A stretch of DNA of 63,490 bases, the filler included, from Reclinomonas americana ATCC 50394 (taxonomy: Eukaryota): NCBI GenBank assembly GCA_048213135.1. It is 32 parts of 32 records of this genome, joined end to end, with 100 filler letters (N's around TTAATTAATTAA, not from the genome) between each part and the next. Parts side by side here need not be neighbours in the genome. Positions count along the whole stretch, not along the records: positions 10,762 to 12,806 come from AFZH01025054.1; positions 12,907 to 14,943 come from AFZH01025055.1; positions 15,044 to 17,083 come from AFZH01025056.1; positions 17,184 to 19,218 come from AFZH01025057.1; positions 19,319 to 20,368 come from AFZH01025059.1; positions 20,469 to 22,501 come from AFZH01025060.1; positions 22,602 to 24,631 come from AFZH01025061.1; 25 more parts are not named here. The stretch is one strand, 5' to 3'. Within the stretch, counting starts at the first letter, position 1. Each line of letters opens with the position of its first letter. Below, piece by piece: positions 10,762-22,619 of this stretch. The translations under genes were made by a program, and so were the position numbers. Below the pieces are notes generated by a model, which saw only the letters and a program-made list of their open reading frames with translations, was not told the origin of the DNA and made no database searches.

Positions 10762-12640
10762 CCCCATGAGACATCAACTTATCAACACAACTGCCTCCCA
10801 AGCCATACACAGGCGGCGACAACGCGGTACCTTACTCGTCTTTGTTCCTTCACCATCATCACTTCCAACATCCTCCTGTGAACGCAGCGCATCAGCGCGT
10901 GACCGAGTCCACGAAGACACACCCAGTCTTCGTCATTCATGAACTGCTGATGCTCACCTTGGTGTTATCGTCTTCATGCTTGATGTCATCGTCGTCTTTC
11001 TTCACCACCATTTTCACATCGCCAGATTCTGCGTAATGCTGGTCAACACCGATGCAAGCAACAACAACAGCCACACGAAGTTGCAGACCTTTCGCATGGC
11101 ACCACGTGACGGCGTGCGCAATCTCGGCCTCAGAGAGGTGGTTGTCTCGAAGCAAAGCAGCCATCAGACCATCGCACTCGCGCATCGAATCCATAGCCTC
11201 CGTGACAATCGGCAGTCGATGGTCTTTCTGACTCTTGTTCTGAGGCGCCAATCTCTTCCACGATTCCTGTCTCGAACAAGCCGAGAGAATAAACGTCAGT
11301 CGGCATGATCACAACCAACACAGGATCGAGTAACATAAGCACACCTCTGAATACCCGCGCTCATCCACCACAATCAGTGGTCTCTCAACGGCATCCACCA
11401 GTGCCGCGCCACTGAGCTGGCTCATCTGCAGATTGCAATCATCTGCATGTTGGTTCAATATGCCACAGTCGTCACAACACACACACTTGCTCACCTCGAT
11501 ATAGTTGCTCATGCTATGAAGCACGCCCTCAACTGATTTGGGCAATGAGTCGCGTGAATGTTGGGCAGTCTGACCAAGCTTCTTGCCGAATGTACACTTG
11601 ACTGCAGACGACGAGCAACCCCGCTCTGACGATGGAATTCTGCAGTCGTCGCAGGCAACGTCGAAGAGAACACTCTGATGGTGGATGACAGTGGACTTCT
11701 GAACAATGGGTGCCATCAACCCGAATGCCTTCACCAGGATCCTCTTCCGATTGCATCGCTGTGAGTGATGCAAGAAGAATGGTGAGTGCGACGAGGAGAA
11801 GGAGGAGGCTGAAGGCGTTGCAACGATGTCAGAGAGAGCATGCACACGCAACAAGCAGCTTGTTCAGCAGCAGCTTCTCGTCTGTGCTCAATTCCTCTGG
11901 CTTCTTGGCAGCTCGAGTCTTGCCACGCTGCGTATCCACAACATACATCGTTGACACACAAGAGCCCAAATGCAGATTGATGAACAAGTACAACAATGTC
12001 AGCGACAGAATCCACACCTTCTTCTTCTTCTTCTTTGGCGGTGCAAGCTCGTCGTCGCTGGATGAATCCACCTGCAGAGAATGGAGAGAACATTAGGTGT
12101 CAACTGCGAGGCACGATCGAGAGGCAAGTGAGACCCGTGCCTCATCGGAGTTCACCTCCAGAGAACGCTTGTGGGATGATGTTTCAACTGAGTCACGTGC
12201 AGGCAAGTCCTCACTGTGATCCACCGGAGATGAGTCATCTCGCTGCCTCCTCGTACGTTGCTGTGCAATCATGCCAAGAGAGAGAGAGAGAGAAAAGTGA
12301 GAGACATGCATATCTGGGATGATACACAATCACTGTACCTCGACAATGCCTTCCATCACTGTGTGTTCCATGTGCTCCTGGTGGGCAGCTGTGTGACATG
12401 CACCACCCAGGTGAGACACTACGTGACGCGAACACCAATGACTGAGACATTAAAAAAGAGAGAGAGAGAGAGACGCACCCTGCTCAGCGTGATTCTCCGA
12501 GTCACTTCGGGCAGCGGCAATGGCAGCTGTGCTCTCGTCGGTGTGCTTCTTCTTCGCGTCCTTCAACAAGCCAGCTGGTTCTGCAACAGGGGAATGAAAC
12601 ACACGACGACCATGATGAGAAAGAAGAAGAAGAAGAAGAA
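10762..12640 (-). CDS. Hypothetical spliced eukaryotic protein, fragment
   Basis: Exon-like segments (DSSSDDELAPPKKKKKK; QRGKTRAAKKPEELSTDEKLLLNKLL) bounded by GT-AG; no family recognised. Confidence 0.3.
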
Positions 12641-12906
12641 AAAGGAAGAGGAGGAGGAGAAGGAGGAGGAGAAGGAGGAGGATGAGGAGGAGGAGGAGGA
12701 GGAGGAGGAGGAGGAAGAAGAAGGAGGAGAAAGAGGGAGAGAGACACGATGCATTCTCCATCATCATCACCCAGCATCACATTGAGGGGAAAGCAGATGT
12801 GGAGCTNNNNNNNNNNNNNNNNNNNNNNNNNNNNNNNNNNNNNNNNNNNNTTAATTAATTAANNNNNNNNNNNNNNNNNNNNNNNNNNNNNNNNNNNNNN
12901 NNNNNN

Positions 12907-13292
12907 AGAGAGAGAGAGAGAGAGTAAGAGAGAAGAGAGAAGAGAGAGGAGAGAGAGAGAGAGAGAAGCTAGCAGAGAGGGTGATAAGACGCAACGTAGC
13001 CTAAAGTCGGCTTTGCCAACACGTCAATGTTGACGAGAGGCACATCGGCGACCTCCTCCTCTGCATCGTCGTCGCTCATCTCATCAATCTCCGAAGGCAA
13101 TGCCTCCTCCAGCAACTCTTCCAGGTCGCCAGAGAGACGCGGACCGCGCATGGTCACTGCTGCTGCAGCAAGTGCCACACACAGCAGCGCAGAGAGCAAC
13201 TGTGAGAGAGAGAGTGAGTGCCAAAACGCAAGAGGAGAAACTGAGAGGCAGCACGATGACGGAACAAAGGCAATGGTTTGTGCGCGCGACAT
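12907..13292 (-). CDS. 5' end of a secreted protein (signal peptide plus acidic propeptide-like region)
   Basis: Splicing gives MSRAQTIAF|LLSALLCVALAAAAVTMRGPRL...EEALPSEIDEMSDDDAEEE. Confidence 0.5.
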
Positions 13293-13620
13293 GACGGATG
13301 GTGGTGAAAAACGAAGCTCGCAGATATCCGAGATATTTGCGCGAGCAGCTTGCAGTACACCTCATTTTTGTCACTGCGTTACTTGCCGCCAAGCAACAAT
13401 TACAATCTATTCGGCAGTGCACTACAACAACAAGACACCTCATTCACCACTTTGCAATAATGCGACAAGTGTCCACAAATCCCTTCTCCAAACAGTCATC
13501 TTCAAAGCCAAGCAAGTACACACTCTTATGTCTCCGACAGCTCTCGTGTCACTGTAGTACTTTCCACTCTCTTGCCTTGGTGCAAGTCATTTCATTCACG
13601 CACTCTAACAATCTCCCCGC

Positions 13621-14745
13621 TCATGTGTTCATAATCGAGTAGTCGCCGAGGCGGCCGAGGCGAGCAAACAGTGTGCGCACGTTCTTCTCGTCGCACGTCT
13701 TGTTGCCTGGGTTATTGCCGGGGCACACGATGGCCGCCGGCCACGTGGTCGTGCCGTCGCCGGCGACTTGCAACTGGGAGTAGAACAGGCGGACATCGGG
13801 CTCGCCGACGCGGTACTCCATCAGAATGCTCAGGTCTCCGTCGAGGGTCATCAGGTTGACCGAGCGCGGTGCAGCGCGGAACTGGTCGGCATTCGAGGCC
13901 GGGTTGACGGGGCTGAACACCAGTCGCAGCGCCTCCTTCGCCAGCTTCACAGTGTTGGCGTGGTAGGGCCATGCCGCGTTACCGTTGGCCAGGCCACAGA
14001 ACTGATCAACGAACGCCTTCGCCACACTGTTGCGCACAACGCGCGCAGCGTTGAAGATCGACGTGGGCTTGGTGATGCCGGTCCAGTACGCGCCACCGGC
14101 GTTGAACTCGGCCGGCAGACCGGGGGCGTTGAAGATGTCGCGGAAGCGTCCCTTTGGCAGCAGCTTCCAGTACGGCTTGTTGTTCGCGCCGCCGAGCACG
14201 TCATCATCTTTCCAGGTGTTCGCCACCCAGTTGTTGTTGTTGGCCGGATGCCGCTGCACCGCACGGCCGAGGTGGCAAATGGTAGTTCCCAACATCAGGA
14301 AGCCGCCTTGCGCATCGAGGTTATTGGCGGCGTTCAACGAGACCACTGCCTGAGGCGTATGGCCAATCGACACCTTGGTCATGGCGTGCGTGCGCAAAAA
14401 GTCACGCATGAGGTTCTGGCGACTGGTCTCGTCGGCGACGAGGCTGCCCTGGACGCCGCGGAGGGAGACCAGGAGTGCACCCTGCAGCGTCGATGCGATC
14501 GGCACCGAGGCGATGCTGTCGACGGCGTTGATGATCAAGGTCAACAGGATGCGCTTGGCCAGCAGCAGGTTGAGCTTGACGGGGAAGTTGATTTGCGGGA
14601 CCTTGGAGACGAAGGCGCTGTTGATCTCGGTGGCGTCGCGCACAACCACTGGCGTGTAGGTGACGCCGTTGAACACGCGATTCTCCGTGAACTTGGCGGG
14701 CTTCAACGCCACGACGCCAGTGTTCAGCATGTCAGTGTGCACGGC
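13621..14745 (-). CDS. Terminal exon of a metallophosphoesterase (Shelph-like) protein with a long C-terminal extension
   Basis: 373-aa open exon after a pyrimidine-rich CAG acceptor; FLRTHAMTKVSIGHTPQ matches the GHT(P)Q motif of Shewanella-like phosphatases. Confidence 0.5.
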   Translation of the reverse strand, partial: AVHTDMLNTGVVALKPAKFTENRVFNGVTYTPVVVRDATEINSAFVSKVPQINFPVKLNLLLAKRILLTLIINAVDSIASVPIASTLQGALLVSLRGVQGSLVADETSRQNLMRDFLRTHAMTKVSIGHTPQAVVSLNAANNLDAQGGFLMLGTTICHLGRAVQRHPANNNNWVANTWKDDDVLGGANNKPYWKLLPKGRFRDIFNAPGLPAEFNAGGAYWTGITKPTSIFNAARVVRNSVAKAFVDQFCGLANGNAAWPYHANTVKLAKEALRLVFSPVNPASNADQFRAAPRSVNLMTLDGDLSILMEYRVGEPDVRLFYSQLQVAGDGTTTWPAAIVCPGNNPGNKTCDEKNVRTLFARLGRLGDYSIMNT

Positions 14746-17183
14746 TGTGCGAGGGAGAAGTGAGACAGAAGAAAAAAGGAAAAGGAAGAAAAGGAGGAGG
14801 AGGAGGAGGAGGAGGAGGAGGAGGAGGAGGAGGAGGAGGAGGAGGAGGAGGAGGAGGAGGAGAGAGAGAGGAAGAGAGGAGAGAGGAGAGGAGAGAGAGA
14901 GAGGGAGGGAGGAGGAGGCGGACGGGAAGGAGGAGGAGGGAGGNNNNNNNNNNNNNNNNNNNNNNNNNNNNNNNNNNNNNNNNNNNNTTAATTAATTAAN
15001 NNNNNNNNNNNNNNNNNNNNNNNNNNNNNNNNNNNNNNNNNNNTTAACCAGTGGTCACAAGTGTCACGACAGGCACGTCATCAGCACGTTCCCTTCCTTC
15101 CACGGTCTCAAGACCAACACACCGCAATGAAGCACTGCTATCATTCCCCCACTCAACACTCGAGCATTCCATTGCCCGTCATAGCGACTGCATCAGCCCC
15201 CTCCCGTTGCTGTTTTTGCAATCGTTGCTCTCCTCGTTCTCATCCCATCCGTTAACCACGGTGCCAGATGGGCATCGGCCGACAATCTCGGTCTCCATTC
15301 CGAGACACGGCCAACGTCACACCCGAGTTCAAAATCTCAAGTCATCGCCATGACCACTTCCATCGCCACTTTACGCCTCCCCTGGGGTCGTAACCATCGG
15401 CGGAAGGACCCCACGTTGGTCCAGTGGCGCACCGCTGCTCACTCTTACCATGACGACCTCACATATCCAACAAATGTACAGTCTGACTGGTCGACTCGCA
15501 TCCGACAAGTCATACCGCGCCTCACACTCAGTCGCACATGACCACCAAATCATGACACCTCCTTCGCGGCACCGCTCAACGCAATCGAAAAGACCGGTAC
15601 AAGCAGCAACCTGGTGACCTCACACCGTCACCTGATTCTGTCGGGGTTATCGCGTCGCACCAACTCATCGATCCAGCTTCAGGTGCCTACATCCCACCAA
15701 AAACGTCGTTGCGTCAACGTTCTGCCTGACCGGATGTCGTTACACAAACACCAGATCATCCAACTCCTCTTTTGAGGAGTATCCCCCTTGACCATTCGAC
15801 ACCACAGTGGTGGCAATGGGGAGCCACCTCCCCAGCCATCATCGCTTGTCATGGAGGGGCCGTCGAATTATGCACGCCTGCTTCGAGCCCGGTCCACCAC
15901 CGGCTCGCTCCACTGGAGCCCCAAGCAGCATCTCCGCTTCATCGACACAGTCCCAACAACCGCCACCCCCCGGTCATCCTCTGTGCCTACAGAGTTCCAT
16001 GCCATGCTCCACTCCCATTCAGCGACGGGCAAATCACTAAGTAGCACTCCCACTGCTACGCGCGCCTGGGCATCGCTCTTTTTGCCTGCCAGCGATTCCA
16101 CCGAGATCGATGTCAACCAACTCCGTCGCTCTACCGCCGCTGCAAACACAGTTACTGTACGCGGTTATCGTAGCGACAACATCCGTCCTATTAGTGTTGT
16201 TACAGACGCGCCTGGTGATCAAAGCTGCTGCTGCGGCAACCAGAGCCCACCGGCGAACCATTGTCGTCGCCACGTTCTCAGAGGGTGTTGACGTACCACG
16301 ATACTAATCGTCCACCCACAGCGATACCGATCAACCGGCTCCAAAGTCCTCGCAGCGAGGGCTGCTCCACCACTGCCTCGCTCCATCTCACTGAGAGCTA
16401 CTGCAAAACGGCATTGCTGGCGGTCATCGCTTCCAAAGACCATGCACGTAGCTGACGAAGTTGTACCCATGCGACAGGGTGGTGCCGTGGTGGCGGCGAA
16501 TATTTTGGTTAGCAGCCTACAACCCGGGCCGCTCCCACCGCCACCACATTTGCGGCATTCCACACGTCCTCCGCTCCACCGCCAGTCGACCGTTCAACTG
16601 CCACCTCAGCCCAAGCCGAGTTTTCAATCATGCTCCCTACCGCGGCCAGCCAGCGACTGACGCCATTTGGCTGTGGTCACTTCAGTTGTCAAATGGCTAT
16701 TGACATGGGTACATCTGGTTGTTGGTGATGGCATCGGCGTCGATCCAGGCGTCGACACCGTCACTCGCACTCACTGTCGCCAGGTGAGGCTACGGACAGC
16801 CGCAAACCGTTGCTCTTGTTGCGAGGCACCGCTCGCCACTGCCGTCGTCGTCGCCACGCGCCTCGGTGTAGCCGTATGTGGCAGCGGCAATTGGCGTTGC
16901 GCCCCTGCAAGGCGCAGACAGACAGACAGTAAGTTGCGTGATACGCACCCACTTGGTCTCCCCCGTATCTTCCCGCAAGTGTGTCAGAGAGACGACCATG
17001 CAAGAGAGGAAGGGCGCACTCGGGGGAAAGAGTGCAGCGAGGGTAAAGGACTATGAAACGGCTCCGAGAGAGAGAAGGGTCAANNNNNNNNNNNNNNNNN
17101 NNNNNNNNNNNNNNNNNNNNNNNNNNNTTAATTAATTAANNNNNNNNNNNNNNNNNNNNNNNNNNNNNNNNNNNNNNNNNNNN

Positions 17184-18115
17184 CGCCAGCTCCCGAGCCC
17201 TGTAGCCAACCGATTGCAACACGTTGTCAGGAAATGACTGAATTGCTGACAGCGCAGTTGTAAGCTGACGCAACTGATCCGTGATAGTGCACAGCATGCA
17301 CTTCGCCTTGCGATTCAACCATCGATACAGGTCGATGCCGAAGCCAGTGGCTGCAGCAATAGCTCCGACGACAGTCAGCACAATGCCGAGGACTCCACCG
17401 GTGGCAATGACGCCGCAGAGGCCAAGAACGCCAATGACGGCAGTAAGTACTCCAAACAGTGCGACAACTGTTGCACCGACAGTTACTCCGTCCCAAAAAC
17501 GGTGGTCGTGTATCAACTCCTGGAGCTGGTGTTGTAACATGAGCCTCGCCAAGCGGCGCTGTGTCTCACTTGCCCCGTCTTGGAAGTCCATGAACCCCTT
17601 CATCTCAGCTGCGTCTCGCAGCTGCAGGAGCTCCAACAGCTTTGGGCACTCCTCCAAAATCGATGCAAGCTTCTTGTTGCGGCTGATCAGATTCTGCTGA
17701 ATGGCCCCTCGACAGAAAGGGCACTGCACCCAGCCCGGTGGTCCTCCTGGCCTCGCCTGCAGCATTGGAATCGCACTTCGTGATACGTTTGTGTGAGCGA
17801 CGGTCAATCTGGTCCGACAACGACGTCGACAACTGTCATAATTACTCACCCCCTGGATATGGTGCGTCTGACCTTTCGATTGCATCCACTGTGCTCGGGG
17901 AGCAACATCGGCTCGTCATCAGAATTCGGGCTGGGATTATAGAGCTGTTTCGACAACTGGCAGGTGAATTCGGCAGTGAAGTTCTTCCACGCTCGGTCGA
18001 GTGCCTCGGGTGTTTCCATGTCGATGTCGGCCATCTGCTTACATATGCTGTTACTCGCGAGTATGCTGTGGGTGCGAAGCGAACTATCTTGCCTTTGCGC
18101 GCAGCAGGAGTACAA
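17184..18115 (-). CDS. U-box/RING-like E3 ligase domain followed by a Gly-rich double hydrophobic segment; spliced, partial
   Basis: FTCQLSKQLY...EPMLL...RRTISRG|AIPML...CPFCRGAIQQNLISRNKKLASILEE after removing a GTGAGT...GAAG intron; then GVTVGATVVALFGVLTAVIGVLGLCGVIATGGVLGIVLTVVGAIAAATG. Confidence 0.65.
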
Positions 18116-19050
18116 TGAAGTCTTGAAAGAGACATGTCATCAGGACACTGTTAGGCTTTCGAACACGACAACACACCAGGCAGCTTGTCCGCAAAAATAT
18201 TCCGCCAGCACAGCAACACCCATTGTCTGTTCACGAAGGGGAGAGGGGGGACTCCGATCTCCTCGTGCTACCCTCCGCAGCGAAAAAGCAGTACTTGGTC
18301 ATCAAGACAGCTGTTGCTTGTGTGTTGGTGTGAATTTAAATTGTTGTTGTCGTGCCGGGTTTGTAAATTAATTTCTCACATTGGTGATCTTGTCCAGTCA
18401 CTTGGAACGAGAGCAGTGTCTCTGCCTGGAAGCGAGGCAATCCACCAGGTCAATATCTGCCAGCCACGTGTGATCATGAACTGGGACTTCTCACAGTCGA
18501 TCCCACATGCGGCTGCTGACAACAGAATTCGAACATGTACAAACTCGGACTCGGGTCCACGAGCATCACATACCGTTCTGGTTCCTCAAAGGAAGGTGCC
18601 TGCCCGCCTGAAGAAAAACATGCAGTAGTGTGTCTGCTCTGTGCGGAATACAGCGCGACTTTCACGGACAAGACGACTTTGCTGTCATATGCACTGTTTT
18701 CTTTGTGTTCCGCTATGCAAAACAGAGATCACTGTTTACAGCACTTATATACAACTCTCGCCCCATTGGCATGCTTGGCCGACAATATCGCAGCCTTGCA
18801 ACCAAATCGAGCGGACGCGAAGTCCATCGTCACCAGTTAAAGCGATTTGCACTGCATTCTGCCTGCCAAAGCAACAGTCGGCTGCTTTGGAGACGAGTGC
18901 GCACATGCACATCGTCATCATAGCATCAGCTTTCCGAGCAAACGTCGGCTGTCCTGCAGGTGACGTCACTTTGATCTCACGTGTTTGTGTGAGAGTGTGG
19001 AGAGTTGCTTTGCACACACTCTAAACTCTCTCTCAGAGGAAAGAAGAAGA

Positions 19051-19121
19051 ATGAGCTTTGAAATCGGTGTCAAGACCCTCGCGGGTGACACTCATCGAGT
19101 CAATGTGACTGCCTCTGTTGC
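19051..19121 (+). CDS. First exon of a ubiquitin-like domain protein
   Basis: MSFEIGVKTLAGDTHRVNVTASV resembles ubiquitin MQIFVKTLTGKTITLEV; ends at a GTAAG donor. Confidence 0.6.
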
Positions 19122-19140
19122 GTAAGAGAGACAGACAGAC

Positions 19141-19218
<78 letters not shown>

Positions 19219-19318
19219 NNNNNNNNNNNNNNNNNNNNNNNNNNNNNNNNNNNNNNNNNNNNTTAATTAATTAANNNNNNNNNNNNNNNNNNNNNNNNNN
19301 NNNNNNNNNNNNNNNNNN

Positions 19319-19567
19319 CGCCTTGTACGGCTCGAACCAGTTCAGGAACTCCTGCCCGCGGGCCGAGGCCTCGGAGCCGGCGTAGTCGTCGACCACGTAG
19401 GCGGTCACCGCCTGATGCGCGAACGCGTACATGCTCAGCAGCTTGCCGACGAAGAACAGCGCGGCGAGCGTGAGAGGGAGGGTTCCGATCGCGACCCAGC
19501 GGCGGATGCTGCGCCGTCGGCGGTTCGACCGCAGCAGCGCCGCGGCCGCCTCGTCCTGAGGTGTCAT
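19319..19567 (-). CDS. Actinobacterial membrane-anchored (TPR-like) protein, 5' part, coupled to the VWA gene
   Basis: ATGA overlap with the upstream stop; N-terminal TM helix; high-GC bacterial codon usage. Confidence 0.65.
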
Positions 19568-20368
19568 GACGCACCTCCTTCGCCGGTCGATGCGGGCGTT
19601 TCGTCTCGTCGCTGCGCTCGCTCAGGAACCGCGGAACGAGCGCCCTTCGTCTCGCTGCGCTCGCTCAGGGACCGATTGGTACGGGGCGACCGCAGCTGAC
19701 GGAGTCGCGCGATGAGCAGCGTCGCGCGCGTGAGCTCGACGCCGAGGAGCGCGATGATCACCAGCGCGGCGATCCAGTACAGCTCGGTGACGTTGCCGAC
19801 CTCGCCGGACTCCGCGTAGCTCGTCGTGGTCGAGGGGGCGTCCGGCAGGGTCGGCGCGGCATCCGCTGTTCGGTGCTGGTAGTCGACGCCGAGCTGCTCG
19901 GCGAGCGCCTCGAGGTTCTGCTCGTCGATGACCGAGAGCGCATCCTCGCCCTGGTACTCGATGTATCCCTCGTCGTCGTCCACGCCTCCGCCCGTGATAC
20001 GCATGGGGCCGCCCTCGGCCGTGCCGTAACCGAAAACGCCGCCGGCGTCGGTGTACTTCGCGCTGCCGCTGAACGGCTCGGGCGGCGTGTCGACCGTCTG
20101 CTCGCCGTCGCCGAAGTAGAACACCATGCGCGAGCGATCAGGGGAGGACTCGGCGGCCGAGGCGAGCGTCTCGGACACCAGCGGAGCGGAGATGCCGATC
20201 GAGCTTCCGCGCGACTGGCTGGTCACCTCGGGTCGCAGCACCTCGAGCGACCCCATCAGGGCCGTGGTGTCGGTGGTCAGCGGCATCCGCAGCTCGGCCG
20301 CGGCATCCGACGTGATGAGGGCGAACCGGGCGCCCGGGTACTCCTCGACGATGGCCCGCACGTCCTCG
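19564..20368 (-). CDS. VWA-domain membrane protein (MoxR/Bat-type cluster), Microbacterium-like, 5' truncated
   Basis: RFALIT...MPLTTD, VFYFGDGE, GYGTAEGGPM, SVIDEQNLEALAEQLG, C-terminal TM helix. Confidence 0.85.
19594..19674. repeat. Two direct copies of a Microbacterium-type REP-like element inside the VWA coding 3' end
   Basis: ttcgtctcg(tc)gctgcgctcgctcagg(a/g)accg occurs twice. Confidence 0.65.
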
Positions 20369-20468
20369 NNNNNNNNNNNNNNNNNNNNNNNNNNNNNNNN
20401 NNNNNNNNNNNNTTAATTAATTAANNNNNNNNNNNNNNNNNNNNNNNNNNNNNNNNNNNNNNNNNNNN

Positions 20469-22138
20469 GCTGCGCGTGCGTGCCGTACTTGGACTCTGCG
20501 ACCGCGCACGACTCCTGTGCGAACGACCGTCCTCGGTGCCGTCGCCGCCGTGTCGACCACTGCGGGTAACCGAGGCCGATGCAGGTCGCGAGGGACGTGC
20601 ATCCTCTGCCGCCTGTGTGCGCGCGCCTCCGTGTGAGTGACGTGGGTGCGGCTGTCGGACAGCAGAAAAAAGAGAGCTTACGAAACGTTAGTGCCATCAC
20701 CCTCGCCGTAGGTGAGCTCGCGAGGAGGTGCCGTCTCGTCGCCATCGTCTTGCTTCAGTTGCGTCCTGTAGAAGACGGGGCTCTGCGGCCGGCCAGCCAT
20801 CTCCCGATCGCGCTTGGCCACCGGCGAGAACTCGCTGGCCAGTGACGGCGGTGCTCCACGGCAGTGGTGCGGATACACGGGCTCCTTCATGGCCGGTGTG
20901 AGCACAGTCGGCTCGGCGATGGTGAAGCGCGGGTTGTATGTGCCCTGCGTGCATCAAGAGAGAAAATGAACAAAATCGAGTCAGTTTCACGTGGTGGGAG
21001 AACTGTTCGCATGGGGTAAAAACGCACCACTGCTGGTGATTCGCGCGACCTCCGCACGTGCTTGTTGGAGGTCTCACGCCACCGTTCAGGTGAGAGGAAG
21101 CTGGCACTGCCGGCGGTGCTCTCCGCCGTCGTCACATCGCCGACTCGCGGGTCGACCTTGAAATGTGGCCGGTACACCTGGCGATTGTCGACATCGTCGT
21201 CGCTCTCGCCATCGGCATCGGTCTCACCGGCACCAGCAGCCCCGTTGGAAGAAGAGGACTTCCTCTTGCTCGGATCGGGTGAGGCGCCGCGCTGCAGCAC
21301 GGCGTTCTTCTTCATGGCCGACAGCTTCTTGTTCTTGGCGGCAGTCTGCTTCTCGCGATACTTGGCCGCCCGTTCGTCCATGCTGCGCTTCACGGCCGCG
21401 ATGGGCGACAACGGCTGGTCGCGCGCCTTGGACTCGCGTAGTTCCATCAGGCGCCTCTGCACCAGCTCCTCTTCGGTGGCCTCGCGGTGAATATCGGCGG
21501 CACCCCGGCTGCGCACACCAAATAATTCACCGGCGTGTCAGTTTCCCGTGTTCATCTCACCCAGGTGTGCGTGTGTGCGTGCGTGTGTGTGCACTCACCG
21601 AGCACTGGAGCACACAGATTTGTCGCGCTTGACATGGTTGGGCTGGTCGCCGGCACTGATGATAGTGTCGGAGAGATCGAGGTCGAGCGACGAGCTCGAC
21701 GTGTCAATGCTCAAGTCCAGCGACGCCGTCGACGAGTTCGGCGACGAGGCTGCCGGGATCTTGACGTGCTTGGCCCCTGCGGCTACACACAGCAAACAGG
21801 GAGTCAGACGCGTGGTCATCGATGTGCTCACAGCGGCGGCGGCGGCGGGGTGCTCACCGATAGAAGCCTTCAGCAGGCTCTTGACATTGAACGACGAGTC
21901 GGCAACTGCGCACAAGAGAGGAGAAGCATGATGAGCACAACCAATTTCTGCGTCGAAGGAGGATTTTGGAGGCGGTGGCGGGAGTCGACTTACTTCGTCC
22001 GGCTCTGCGGGAGTTGACCAAAAAAGAAGAAGAGTGAGCGCGCTGCTGCAGAACAACTAGACAACAGAAACGCACGCAAGCAGACACACAGACGACAAAC
22101 CGTGAGAACGACGGTGGGGTGGAGTGACTCGCAGCCAT
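20469..22138 (-). CDS. Hypothetical spliced S/P-rich and coiled-coil eukaryotic protein
   Basis: ATG at 22138; successive GT-AG-bounded exons; no domain recognised. Confidence 0.45.
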
Positions 22139-22619
22139 GGTGTCGCAAGTACGATTCGCGGGAGAAGTGTTAAATCCTCCGTGTCACAGCAGCAACAACA
22201 CGTGATGCGCGCGCACAAACACACACACGAGGGAGAGCAAGAAAAATGGAGAGGGGAACAACAATGTGTGCACACGCGTTGATATACACGCGCGCGTTCC
22301 AGCAAGAGAGAAGGAGAGCAAACAGCGAGAGCCGCGTGCGTTTTCAAATGACGTGGCGGAAACTGTAATTACAGTAGACGCAATTGATTCGCGCGGGAAA
22401 TCGCGCGCGCGCAATCGTCTTCTCCCTCCAGATGTTCAATGCGAGTGTGCCCTCAGCCTCTGTGGAGGTTGTCGACGATGAGCTGCTCGCGGGTGTGTGC
22501 CNNNNNNNNNNNNNNNNNNNNNNNNNNNNNNNNNNNNNNNNNNNNTTAATTAATTAANNNNNNNNNNNNNNNNNNNNNNNNNNNNNNNNNNNNNNNNNNN
22601 NCAATCAACACAACATAGG

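Noticed and set aside
13768..14763. Long antisense ORFs (also 5013-6125, 27075-27947, 42508-43278, 56226-57278)
   Set aside because: Shadows of GC3-biased real genes on the opposite strand
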